A DNA stretch of 60,674 bases, the filler included, from Basidiobolus meristosporus CBS 931.73 (taxonomy: Eukaryota; Fungi; Basidiobolomycota): the NCBI GenBank assembly GCA_002104905.1. It is 3 parts of 3 records of this genome, joined end to end, with 100 filler letters (N's around TTAATTAATTAA, not from the genome) between each part and the next. Parts side by side here need not be neighbours in the genome. Positions count along the whole stretch, not along the records: positions 1 to 28,175 come from MCFE01000888.1; 2 more parts are not named here. The stretch is one strand, 5' to 3'. Under the pieces are notes generated by a model, which had not been told where the DNA came from, did no database searches, and saw only the letters and a program-made list of their open reading frames with translations. Positions 13,115-25,343 of this stretch are shown in pieces. A program made the position numbers and the translations under genes. Position 1 is the first letter of the stretch, and every line of letters starts with the position of its first letter.

Positions 13115-15166
13115 GATGCCAGCAGATTAATGTAAGAAGATATATTGCACAACAAGTCTTGAAATCAAGAATGAGCTGAGAGTGAGGGGATTTGATCAGG
13201 AAGCCATGTGGGAACAATTTTGCACACAGTTTGCTCAGTGTGGGCCGGATGCGTCTGTTGGTGCCTTGACTTTGGGAGCCAAAGAGATTTTGAATGAATT
13301 TCTGGCTCAAATGACTAATGTATTATGTGATATATTAGTAGAGGTAAGTGGCTTCCAAGAGCAATATACACAGGACTCATCCAGACAAAAGTTCCAAAGT
13401 CCAAGCAACAGCATCTAGATTGTGCCAGCATGCCTTGCTGGAATCCATACCATCCCTTGCAACTTCAGCGCACCAGTGCACATCAGTCCAAACTATGCAA
13501 ACACCCTTCACACAAGCACCCTGCATCCAGTCAATGTATGTAAGGTCAACATGCTCACTTCAGAGCAAAACCACCAGAACTTGCCAAACTGCTCAAAAAT
13601 ACACAAGTCCATTAGAGTGGGCTAAGTTGCATTAACAAGTGGCATCACATTGAACTCAGCCAAGGGCCATGCCAGTGCATCAAGTCAAGTATGCGTGTGC
13701 CATCACACCTGACCATCAGCAAGTTTCTTCTGGTGAGCTGACTGATGATGACCCACATGAAGTGCCTCCACCACCAGTGCCTTTGGCAAGTAAAAGAATG
13801 CGTCAGAGCATAGCACTGCAGGCTGACTCAGTTGCATCATCCAGAGTGATTCAGCAAGGCCAAGCTGCAGCATTGCACCCATCAACTAGGAGGCAAAATA
13901 CTGACTACAGATACATAAGTAGCCAAGAGGATAGATAATAAGAATGTAGTTTAGGTGTGCAAAGTGAATCACTACTAAGAGCTTCAGTAGTAGTCCCTGA
14001 GTGAAAAAAACCTAGGAGAAGATATGCAATCTCATTGAATTGCTATTATTTGTTATAATCCATAAAACACATATTTTTGCAATCCACATCAGGCCATGCA
14101 AATCAGTGATCACTAGATTTTTGATATAAGCAACATCAAGGTTGTCTCACATTTGAGACAGGACCCCTATAAATACACACCCTGGTTATGTATAAATCAT
14201 CTGTGATACCAGTGCAGCCATCTGATCTGATTTGCACCTATACAATTGGTTGTGTGCTAGCTATGACACCTTGTCCTATCACTAGGATCAGAAATTTATT
14301 TACTTAATGGGCAAAATGGGATATTTGATGGCAAATCAGGTAGCTTGTGTATTGGTCAAGGGTCAACTGGGGGCTGACAGCTTTGGGATACTTTTGGGCC
14401 AATTAACCACTGAGATACAATACAATTGGAATGATGGTAACCAAAATGTTAAGTATCAGTATGGTTTATAGTGTGATAAGCATTTCTTTCCATTTACATT
14501 AAAAAAACATATCCAAATACTGGATTTTACCTACCATAATAGCAGTATCCAATTGCGCATGTAAAGCAAATATTACAAATTGGTGCAATTGTTTGTGCCA
14601 GCCTCATTGTTTCAGATTGTGCCATAGTGTGCAAGATTGTCCACATGGTGAAAATTGTCCAAGAGTAATCCTGCCTACTGGTAGCTATAATATTGTGCAT
14701 GATTGTTCTTAGAGACTGTGGATCATGCCACACACCCTGGCACAGCTCAATGGAACAAGTTGGATATATATATAAATATGAAAACTAATGTGATTGTTAA
14801 ATTTTCCATATATTATACATGATGCAACATGAGTTACATTGACATGGATCAGACCACATCTGTTGCAGATTTTCTATCTGATTATAGGCTGGTGAGTAAA
14901 TCATCAATAAAATCATCAAGTCATTGTTTGCAAATATTTAGCAACATAATGATGGGATACATGGCAATTGATGGAGATTTAGTCATAATGCATGGAAAAT
15001 CAGATAAGTTTAACGGATTTTGCCAAATCAATTCAAACCTCATCTATCCAATGACCCATCAATCCCATTGTGACTTACTCATCTGAATGGTCTTTTCTCA
15101 TTAATCCCATCACTACTACTGGATTTCCTTTTGACACATTGCAGGAGATCTATACCAAGTTCTGTA

Positions 15167-15221
15167 TATTGTTAAATTTATAATTCCACCCAAATATTCA
15201 CCAAGCTTAGGCACTTAGATT
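15167..15221 (+). mobile_element. 5' head (~55 bp) of a Copia LTR, ending at AGATT where Copia copy 2 begins in the opposite orientation
   Basis: TATTGTTAAATTTATAATTCCACC...GCACTTAGATT matches LTR nt 1-56. Confidence 0.75.
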
Positions 15222-18200
15222 TGTTGTGAGAGTCTTGAAGATATTGGAAGTGATTTGCGAGGACAAGTAGATCATGTGGTTTCACCTAGTGATTTATTGA
15301 ATGTAAAGTAGTACTTATACTCTTACATGACCTTGGCATTACAAACACATAGAATAGGTCAAGGAAGATCCTAGGAACATGTGTGCAAGGTTTGGGGCTG
15401 TTTAGACAAATTTGAGAATTCTCATGTTCTGGGTACCTGTATTTTGGTGAAAATATTCTAAGTAAATCCCAACAAGGAATTTGGTCAATATTCTCTAGGA
15501 TTTGAATGTAATGATCTAAGTGGCTAAGTAAGGTGAATAATTAGGTGGAATTTCAAATTTTACAACACTCCACTCAGCTAAATGTTCATACTGACTAGTC
15601 CTAATTTTGACCTAAGATGTTCAAATTTCTCTCTAGCTAATGGTTTGGTAAATATATCTGCAATCTCTCATCTGAAGGATAGTAAACTAAGCTAACTAAG
15701 TTATTCTCTATAGCTTTACATATGAAATGATGTCCAATATCTATGTGCTTAGTTCTAGCATGAAAAGTTGGATTTCAACCTAATTGTATACATCCTTTAT
15801 TATCTTGAAATAAAGTAATAGGCGTTTTTTAACATAGTCCTAACTCTGTAAACAGCTTTCTTAGCAACATTGCTTCTTTTGTAGCTTTGCAGGCTACCAT
15901 ATACTCTGCCTCTGAGGTAGAAAGTCCTACAGTTGGTTGCTTTCTTGAATTCCATGATATTGCTCCTTGAGAGTAAAAAAAGGTGTAGCCTGTGGTGGAT
16001 CTTCTGTCTTCCAAGTTTTGTCCCCAATCAGCATCAAAGAATCACTCAAGATCCTCTTGTGAATCCTTATATGTGTATCTTAAGCATATATTAGCAGTTT
16101 CTTTTAGGTATCTAAAAATCTGCTTAACTGCTGCAATATGATCAGATCCATAGTTCTGATTATGTTGGCTAACAGCTCCCACTGAATATGAAATATCTGG
16201 ACATATTCCAAGCATGCTACTCATCAGACTACTCATCATAGATTGACAAGGAAAGTCAGGGCTTTCAGGTGGCACCAAGCTCTCATAATTTGGTTGAGTT
16301 TTGACCAAATTAAGGTTTATCTCCATTGGGGTAGCTGCTGGTTTACAGTCTTCCATTTTGTACTTCTTTAGTACATCTTGAACATACTTGGATTGACTTA
16401 GGGTAATAGTCTAGGTACCTCTGTCTATGGAGAACTTAGTCCCTAAGTAGCAACTGAGTTTGCCTAGATTGGACATCATGAACTTCTTGGATAGGCTGGA
16501 TTTAGTCTCTTCCAATGTTTCTATGTTATTGGTGGCTATAATAAGGTCATCCACCTATCAAGCCAATAGAACTGGGTTTGTTCTATCTGGCTTATAGTAT
16601 ATACTATAGTCAGCATTACTCCTTTTGAAACTCAGAGATTCCAAATAAGAATCTGTCTTGCAATTCCAGGCTCTTGGTGTTTGTATCAGACCATATAGTG
16701 AATTTTTAAGCTTGCAGACCAAATGGGGGTTATCTTGGTCAACAAACAATCAGGTTGGTCCATATACACATCCTCATCAAGTTCCCCATTCAAAAATGCA
16801 GTTTTTACATCCATTCAATGAATAAAAAACTTATATTTGGCTGCAATAGTGAATATTAATCTTATGGAATTAAACTTGGTTACCAGTGCAAAGGTATCAG
16901 TATAGACAAGTCCTTTTGTTTGAGAGTATCCTTTGGCCACAAGTCTTACTTTGTATCTTCCAATTGTACCATCAGCCTTGTATTTTGTCTTGAAGACCCA
17001 TCTGCATCCAATTGATTTTTGGTTGATTGGTAATTTAAATAAGTCCAAAGTTTAATTTTTCATCAGGGCCTGATATTCCTCAGTCATTGCAGATCTCCAA
17101 AACTCTGTCTGAGGGCTTTTTATGGCCTCTTCTACAGTCTGGGGCTCATCAATATGGATGAATAGGCATAGGTGAGTTTATACCCTCATCAATATAGTAA
17201 TTTGGGCTATTTCTTGTCCAGTTGGATCTCCAGGCATTTGATACTGGAACCACCATTTCTGGGATATTCCTGGGCACTGATTCTGGCTGAACCATGGCTG
17301 TAGAGTCCTCTGGATGAAAAAACTTTTATGTTTTGCTCTGATTCAATCCTGACAAGCGGTGGACTTGAGATGAGATTTTTGTCATCATCTTATGTCATTT
17401 TTTTATGAAAAACTTGTATTTTCATCAAACAACATATCCCTGGGCTTGATTAGTTTTTTTGCTTTGGTATTGTACAGTCTGTATACTTTACTCTCATTGT
17501 GGTAGCTCAAAAATATGCATTTTACACTTTTTGGTTTAAATTTTGACTGATTTCTTGGCAGTTTCTTGGCATATGCAGTACACCCCAGTATTCTTAGATG
17601 TTCTGCTCTTGGTCTGTACCCAGACCATGCTTCAATTTGAATAAAATCACAAAGTATTCTATTATAACTCCTAATTTTAAGGTATTCAGAAGTAATAACT
17701 GATTCCACCCAAAAATCATAGGATAATTTTTGATCATGGATCATAGATCTTGCCATATTGATTATTGATCTGTTAGCACATTCTACTACTCCATTTTGCT
17801 GTGGGGAGTATGATACAGTAGTCTCTTGCTTTATCCCATGAATGTTGCAGAAGTGGATGAAGAGTTTTGAGGTATATTCTCCACCATTGTCAGAGTGTAT
17901 TTTCTTGATTTTTTCACCAGTTTCTCTCTCCACCATGGCTTTAAACTTCCTGAGCTTAGACAGAGCTTCTCCCTTTCTCTCCATGAAGTAGACCCATGTG
18001 TATCTTGTATAATCATCAATAAAAGTCATTGAATACTTCATTCTGCATACAGATAAACTTTGCATAGGTGCACATAGATCTGAGTGAATCAAATCTAATT
18101 TTTTATTAGTTTTGATTACCCAGAGCCCTTGAACAGCTGTCTGACTTGTTTCCCATATATGCAGGCTTCACCGTGCTCCAAATTAGCTGGGGGATGAACT

Positions 18201-19831
18201 TTCACTCCAGAAATTAGCTGATCTTTGATCATTTTACGCAAATAGTCAAAATTGATGTGTCCAAATCTCCTGTGCCAAGGCATTGGTTTTACTTCATTCA
18301 GGTTACTTATATTGGCTTCCAGATGTGATGGAATTTAAGTCAGCTTGTATAGATTCTAATATCTGATACCCAAAGCAAAATGGTCACCATTTTGATCAGT
18401 GATCTTGCATCCAGAATTGTCAAAGCTAAAACTGGGTCCTTCTGCTGTAGCCCTGCTTACCGACAGTAGGTTCTTGGCTATATCTGATACATAAGACTTG
18501 TTCTATTGTACCGTACTAGGGTGTGCAGCGCAATCTGCGGTCTCTAAGAACAATTGGGCGTAATATTGTAGCTACCAGTAGGCAGGATTGCTCTTGGACA
18601 ATTTTCACCATGGGGACAATTTTGCACACTATGGCACAATCTGACACAATGAGGTTGGCACAAATAATTGCACCAACTCATAATGTTTGCATCACGTGCA
18701 CAATTGGATACTGCTACTATGGTGGGTAAAATCCAGTATTTGGATATGTTTCTTTAATATAAATGGAAAGAAATGCATATCACACTGTAAACTACACTGA
18801 TACTTACCATTTTGGTTACTATCACTCCAATTGGATTGTATCTCAGTGGTTAATTGGTCGAAAAGTATCCCAAAGCTGTCAGCCCCCAATTGACTCTTTG
18901 ACCAATACATAAGCTACCTAATTAGCCATCAAATATCCCATTTTGCCCATTAAGCAAATAAATCCTGGATCCTAGTGATTGGACAAGGTGTCATAGCTAG
19001 CACACAACAAATTGTATGGGTGCAAATCAGATCAAATGGCTGCACTAGTGCCACAGATGATGTATACATATGCAAGGTGTTTATATATAAGACTTGTTCC
19101 ATCGTACTATGCCAGGGCATGTGGCGCAATCCGCAGTTGTAAAGAATGATTGGGCGCAATATTATAGCTACCAGAAGGCTGGATTGTTCCTGGACAATTT
19201 TGCACTATGCAGGACAATCTTGCACACTATGGCACAATCTGACACAATGAGGTTGGCACGGATGATTGCGCCACCTTGTAATGTTTGCATCATGTGCGCA
19301 ATTGGATACCACTATTATGGCAGCTAAAATCCGGTATTTGGATATGTTTCTTTAATGTATATGGAAATAAATGTGTATCACACTATAAACTACACTGATA
19401 CTTACCATTTTGGTTACCCTCACTCCAATTGGATGGTATCTCAGTGGTTAATTGGTCCAAAAGTATCCTGAAGCTGGCAGCCCCCAATTGGCTCATTGAC
19501 TATTGAAAAAGCTACCTGATTTGCCATCAAATATCCCATTTTGCCCATTAAGCAAGTAAATCCCTGTTCCTAGTGATTGGACAAGGTGTCATAGCTAGCA
19601 TGCAAGCAATTGTGTAGGTGCAAAACAGATCCAATAGCAGCACTGGTATTACAGATTACATATATATATGCAGGGTGTTTATTTATACATGTTCTGTCTC
19701 AAATGTGAGACAACCTTGATATTACTTATATCAAGAATTTGATGATCACTGATTTGCAATGGCTTGATTTGGATTGCAAAAAAAAGGGTTGTTGGGAGCA
19801 TTACAAATGTGAGCAATTCAAAGCAATTGCA

Positions 19832-20845
19832 TCATCTTCTCCTGGGTTTTTTTCTCACAGGGATTACTACTGAAGCATTTGGTAGTGACTCACTTTGCAC
19901 ACCGATACTACTTCCTGGCTGACTATCATCTTGACTACTTGTGTATTTGTAGTCAGTATTTTGCCTCCTAGTTGATGAGTGCAATGCTGCAGCTTGGCCA
20001 CACTGAATTGCTCCAACTGAACCAACTGAACCGGCCTGTAGTGCCACGCGCTGACGCGTTCTTTTACTTGCCAAGGGCTCTGGTGGTTGAGGCACTTCAT
20101 GTTAGTCATCATCAGTCAGTTCACCAGAAGTAACTCGCTGATGGTCAGGCAAAATGGCACGCGCAGGTGCGCCTTGACACGTTGAGATGGCCCTTGGCTG
20201 AGTTCAATGTGATGCTGCATGTTGACGCAACTTGGTCTGCTCCAATGGACTTGTGTCTAAATGAGCAGTTTGGCAAGTTCTTGTAGTTTTGCTCTGAAGC
20301 GTGCATGTTGACTCAATGCACATTGACTTGATGCGGGGCGTTCTGGTAAAGAGTGTTGGCGTGGTCCGGACCAACGTGCGCCGGCGCGCTGTGGTTGCAA
20401 GAGATGGTAGGGAATCCAGCAAGGCGTGCTGGCACAATCTGGACAATGTTGCTTGCGGTCTGTATTCTTCCTCCTGAAGCTCACTATCTGATTCCTCAAG
20501 GTATTCACTTACCCTCTGTCTGATACTTTGGAGCTGTTGCCTGGATGAGTCCTGTGTATATTGCTCTTGGAAGCCACTTAGCTCTACTAATATATCACAT
20601 AGTACATTAGTCATTTGAGGCAAAAACTCATTCAAAATCTCCTTGGTTCCCAAAGTTGAGGCACAAATGGACACATCCAGCCCATACTGTGCAAATTGCG
20701 TGCAAAAACGTTCCCGCGCAGCTTCTTTGTCAAATCCCCTCACTCTCAGCTCATTCCTGATTTCAATACTTGTCTTGTTATATATCTTTTTACGTACATT
20801 GGCTGGCATCTTGATATAGAGCTCATGCCACAGCTTTCTACTCAA
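19832..20845 (-). pseudogene. Second ORF (ORF2, ~335 codons) of the DNA transposon, unknown function, two in-frame stops
   Basis: MSRKLWHELYIKMPANVRKKIYNKTSIEIRNELRVRGFD... continues in frame through stops at ~20204 and ~20100 to RKKPRRR. Homologous frames occur in copies A (22727-23632), C1 and C2. Confidence 0.75.
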
Positions 20846-21437
20846 ATTCTTCCATCTTTGTCAACTCTCTGAGGTATCTAGTTCTGCTAGATTAATCAGT
20901 AGTGCCCAAATATCTGTATGAAGGCTCATCATCGACACTTGGGCCATACTTAATCATTTGGCAAGAACTTGAACGGATCCAACATCAACTTTTCCGGTCC
21001 GGACCACGCTTGTGAGCTGGGGGATGGGTTTTGTCTGGGCTGTACTAAAGATGAGTTGAGGCTTGGTATGGGGACCATAGCAATGGATTTCAATACTTAT
21101 ACAGCAGTACACTGGCATCAACCTGGTCTTATATGAAATATATATGAAAACTAAGGTGATTGTTGAATTTTCCATATATTGTGCATGATGCATCTTGGAT
21201 TGCGTTAATACGGATCAGATCACATCAATTGCAGATTTCCTATTTGATTATAGACCTATGATCAAAGCATCAATAAAAGTACCAAGGCATTGTTTGCAGA
21301 TGATTTTTGCGACATAATGATGGGATACATGGCAATTGATGGAGATTTAACCATAATGCATTAAAAATCAGATAAATAACGCAGATTGCGCCGGAACAAT
21401 TCAAACCGCCTTCATACAATCATCCATCAATTTTAAT

Positions 21438-22321
21438 ATGACTTACTCATCTGAATGGTCTTTTCTCATCAATCCCATCACTATCACTGGATTTCCTTTT
21501 GGCACACTAGAGGAGATCTATACTAAGTACTGTGGTCCATCTACCACAATCTACTCAGGGAGATCCTTGTTAAGCTTCTCTGCTATTACAAGAACTATTG
21601 CCCTACAAGGTTTCATCCCACCATCCATGGCAACAAAAGTTCTAGAAGCTTTCATTCCCAGCTGACAGCAATGGAGAACCACCTTGAAGAGGGTATGAAT
21701 GATTTAGAGCAAGCTTGGAATACTAGGTTCAGAAGCTCCAATAGACTTCCATATCCCAGAGTGTTCCGCAACAGGTTCCATATCAGGAGTATTTTGGATA
21801 CCTTCCCAGTGAGGATTAACAGACCTTCTAGAGGGCAGAGGCACTTTTATTCTGGCAAGTACAAGGAACACTGTGTGAAGTTTCAAGCACTGTCTGATAT
21901 TGTGGGTAACATCCTCTGGTTTAGTGGGCCATTTGCTGGAAGTAGGCATGACAAAGCACTCTGGGTAGGGAATCATCCTGAATTCACTAGAGGGGAGAAA
22001 TGTATGGCAGACTTAGCCTATATAGGAGAGGATTGTCAGAGATTAGGGTGTATTGCAGCTTATAGGAAGCCAAGAAATGGTGTGCTTAGCAGGAAGCAGA
22101 AGCTCTACAATGAGATATTTAATCATTTCAGAGTAAGGGTAGAGCACACATTTGGATATCTGAAGAGATTCAGCATATTGGCAGGTAAATACAGAGGAAA
22201 GTCATATATAGTAGAAAACAGCAGATTAGGTAAAATAGTTAAGATACTTATTAATGCACAGTATGCTCATACAAGAAGACATCCACTGAGAGAAATGTGT
22301 CTGGAGCATTATGAAGAGTAA
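21438..22321 (+). pseudogene. DDE_Tnp_4-type transposase of copy B, one frameshift near 21570
   Basis: Catalytic motifs LDTFPVRI (D), MADLAYIG (D) and RVRVEHTFG (E), plus YSGKYKEHCVKFQ and GSRHD. GATCCTTGTTAAG here versus GATCCCTTGTTAAG in copy A shows a 1-nt loss. Confidence 0.92.
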
Positions 22322-24209
22322 ATAAAGCAAGGAAAGCACTATTCTGAGCAACATAAGTAAGATTTAGTAAAATTACCAGTAACTGTATCATACCACTGGC
22401 ATCATGGTAGAAATTATAGTGCCAGATAGTGCCGTAGAGTGCCAGATCAATCCGGCACCATAAACAGGCTGGCACTATGTGGCACTATGCAACAGAACAA
22501 GTCTATAGGGGTCCTGTCTCAAATGTAAGACAATCTTAATATTGCTTATATCAAAAATCAAGTGATCACTGATATGCAATGGCTTGATGTAGATTGCAAA
22601 AAAAAATGCGTTGTTTGGATCATTACAAATAATAGCAATTTGATGCAATTGCATCAAATTGCTACTAGGCGTTTTTTCTTACAGGGATTGCTACTGAGGC
22701 ATTTGGTGGTGATTCACTTTGCACACCTAAACTACTTTCTTGTTGACTATCCTCTTGGCTACTTGTGTATTTGAGTAAGTATTTTGCCTCCTAGTTGATG
22801 AGTGCAATGCTGCAGCTTGGCCGCGCTGAATTGCTCCGGATGATGCAACTGAGCTGGCATGCAGTGCTACATGCTGACACATTCTTTTACTTGCCAAAGG
22901 CTCTGGTGGTGGAGGCACTTCATGTGGGTCATCATCAGCCAGTACACCAGAAGAAACTTGCTGATGGTCAGGTGTAATGGCATGTGCAGACACAACTCAA
23001 TGCACTAGCGTGGCCCTTGGCTGAGTTTGATGTGATGCCATTTGTGGATGCAACTTGGCCTGCTCCAATGGACTCATGTCTTTTTGAGCAGTTTGGTGGG
23101 TTCTGTTGGTTTTGCTCTGAAGTACATGTGTTGACCCAACACGCATTGTGTCAATGCAGAGCACTCTTGTGAAGGGTGTTGGCATACTTTGGACTGATGT
23201 GTGTTGGTGTGCTGAAGTTGCAAGGGATAGTAAGGAATCCAGCAAGTTGTGCTGGCGCAACCTAGACAATGTTGCTTGCGGTCTGTATTCTTTCTCTTGA
23301 AGCTCACCTTCTGATTCCTCAAGGTATTCAGCTACCCTCTGTCTAATACTTTGCAACTGTTGCCTAGATGAGTCCTGCGTATATTGTTCTTGTAAGCCTC
23401 TTGGCTCTACTAATATATCACATAATACATTAGTCATTTGCGGCAAAAACTCATTCAAAATATCTGTGGTTCTCAAAGTCAAGGCAGAAACAGACGCGTC
23501 CAGCCCATGCTGAGCAAATTGCGTGAAAAATTGTTCCTGTGCAGCTTCCTCATCAAATCCCCTCACTCTCAGCTCATTCTTAGTTTCAATACTTGTCTTG
23601 TTATATATCTTCTTACATACATCTGCTGGCATCTTGATGTAGAACTCATGCCACAGCTTTCTACTTGGGTTCTTCCATCTCTGTCAACTCTCTGAGGTAT
23701 CTATTCCTGCTAGATTAATGAGTGTTGCCAAAATATCTGTATGAAGGCTCATCATAGGCACTTGGGCCATACTGAAATCATTTGGCAAGAGCTCAAACAG
23801 ATCCAACATTGCCTTTTCCAGTCCAGACTGTGCTTGTGAGCTGGGGGATGGGTTTTGTCTGGGTTGTACTAAAGATGAGTTGAGACTTGGTATAGGGACC
23901 ATAGCAACAGAATTGGATACTTATACAGTAGTGTATTGGCATCAACTTGGTCTTATATGCAATATATATGAAAACTAATGTGATTGTTGAATTTTCCATA
24001 TATAATGCATGATGCATCTTGGATTGCATTGACATGGATCAGATCACATCAATTGCAGATTTCCTATTTGATTGTAGACTTGTGAATAAAACATCAATAA
24101 AAGTACCCAGTCATTGTTTGAGCATAATTTTTGCAACATAATGATGGGATACATGGCAATGGATGGAGATTTAAACATAATGCACGGAAAATTAGATAAA
24201 TAAAGCTGA

Positions 24210-25132
24210 TTGCACCAAATCATATCAAATCATCTCAGCCCAATCCTTACCAATTTTAATATGACTTACTCATCTGAATGGTCTTTTCTCATCAATCCCA
24301 TCACTATCACTGGATTTCCTTTTGGCACACTAGAGGAGATCTATACTAAGTACTGTGGTCCATCTACCCCAATCTACTCAGGGAGATCCCTTGTTAAGCT
24401 TCTCTGCTATTACAAGAACTATTACCCTACAGGGTTTCATCCCACCATCCATGGCAACAAAAGTCCTAGCAGCTTTCATTCCCAGTTGACAGCAATGGAG
24501 AACCACCTTGAAGAGGGTATGAATGACTTAGAACAAGCTTGGAGTACTAGGCTCAGAAGTTCCAGTAGAATACCGTATCCCAGAGTGTTCAGCAACAGGT
24601 TCCATTTAAGGAGTATTTTACATACCTTCACAGTCAGGATTAACAGAGCTTCTAGAGGGCAGAGGCACTTTTATTCTGGCAAGTACAAGGAACACTGTGT
24701 GAAGTTTCAAGCACTGTCTGAAATTGAGGATAACATCATCTGGTTTAGAGGGCCATTTGCTTGAAGTAGGCATGACAAAGCACTCTGGGTAGAGAATCAT
24801 CCAGAATTCAGCAGAGGGGAGAAATGTATAACAGAATTAGCTTATATAGGACAGGAATGTCAGAGATTAGGATGTAGTACAGCTTAAAGGAAGCCAAGAA
24901 ATGGTGTGCTTAGCAGTGCAGAAGCTCTACAATGAGATATTAAATCATTTCAGAGTGAGGGTAGAGCATAAATTTGTATATCTAAAGAGATTCAGCATAT
25001 TGGCAGGTAAATACAGAGCAAAGTCATAAATAGGAGAAAACAGCAGAATAGGTAAAATAGTTAAGATACTTACCAATGCACAGTATATGCATACAAGAAG
25101 ACACCCACCAAGAGAAATGTGTCTGGAGCATT
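24210..25132 (+). pseudogene. Transposase of copy A with stops and frameshifts, 3' end hit by a MITE
   Basis: Colinear with the copy B transposase; stop at 24762-24764 and further lesions downstream. Confidence 0.85.
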
Positions 25133-25343
25133 AGACTTGTTCCATTGTGCCATTGATCATAGTGCCAGAAAGTGCTGTATATTTTGTTATTGATTTGATA
25201 TTTTAGGGTTATATGCATGTCAATTTTGATCCCAAATTGGCACTGTATGGCACCATCTGGCACTCTGTGGCATGATCAGGCACCATCTGGCATGCTATGT
25301 TACTATTGGGCACTATGATCAGCTGGAATGATGGAACAAGTCT
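25133..25343. mobile_element. 211-bp MITE of the same TIR family
   Basis: Perfect 13-bp TIR AGACTTGTTCCAT / ATGGAACAAGTCT, with imperfect extension to ~34 bp. Flanks are ATT / TTT, and the empty site in copy B reads GAGCATT-ATGAAG. Confidence 0.9.

Larger units (their letters stand above)
10197..14762 (-). mobile_element. PIF/Harbinger/ISL2EU-type DNA transposon copy C2 (inverted), carrying a solo LTR
   Basis: Right-end sequence at 10197 (CTTGTTCTGTTG) and left-end sequence at 14762 (CAATGGAACAAGTT). Decayed transposase on the minus strand at ~10430-11260 and ORF2 remnants on the plus strand at 13115-14030. Confidence 0.85.
8182..15166 (+). mobile_element. PIF/Harbinger/ISL2EU-type DNA transposon copy C1, decayed, split by an inverted copy (own sequence 8182-10196 and 14763-15166)
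   Basis: Left end AGACTTATTCCATTG at 8182. Colinear with the reference copy 19090-22504 up to GGCATCAACC (10196). It resumes at 14763 and reaches the transposase 5' region (TYSSEWSFLINPITTTG), where a Copia LTR cuts it. Confidence 0.8.
19090..22504 (+). mobile_element. PIF/Harbinger/ISL2EU-type DNA transposon copy B (3415 bp), best-preserved copy
   Basis: TIRs AGACTTGTTCC / GAACAAGTCT with an ATA TSD (19087-19089, 22505-22507). The empty site is visible in copy C2 (complement of GGTGTGTATTTATAGGGGTCC near 14165). ORF2 and the transposase are divergent. Confidence 0.95.

Noticed and set aside
19094-19327. Recurring plus-strand ORF (...LHTMAQSDTMRLA...) in several transposon copies
   Set aside because: It lies in the subterminal motif region starting inside the TIR and starts and ends differ between copies. 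Recurrence is explained by DNA homology, so it is not called as a gene.
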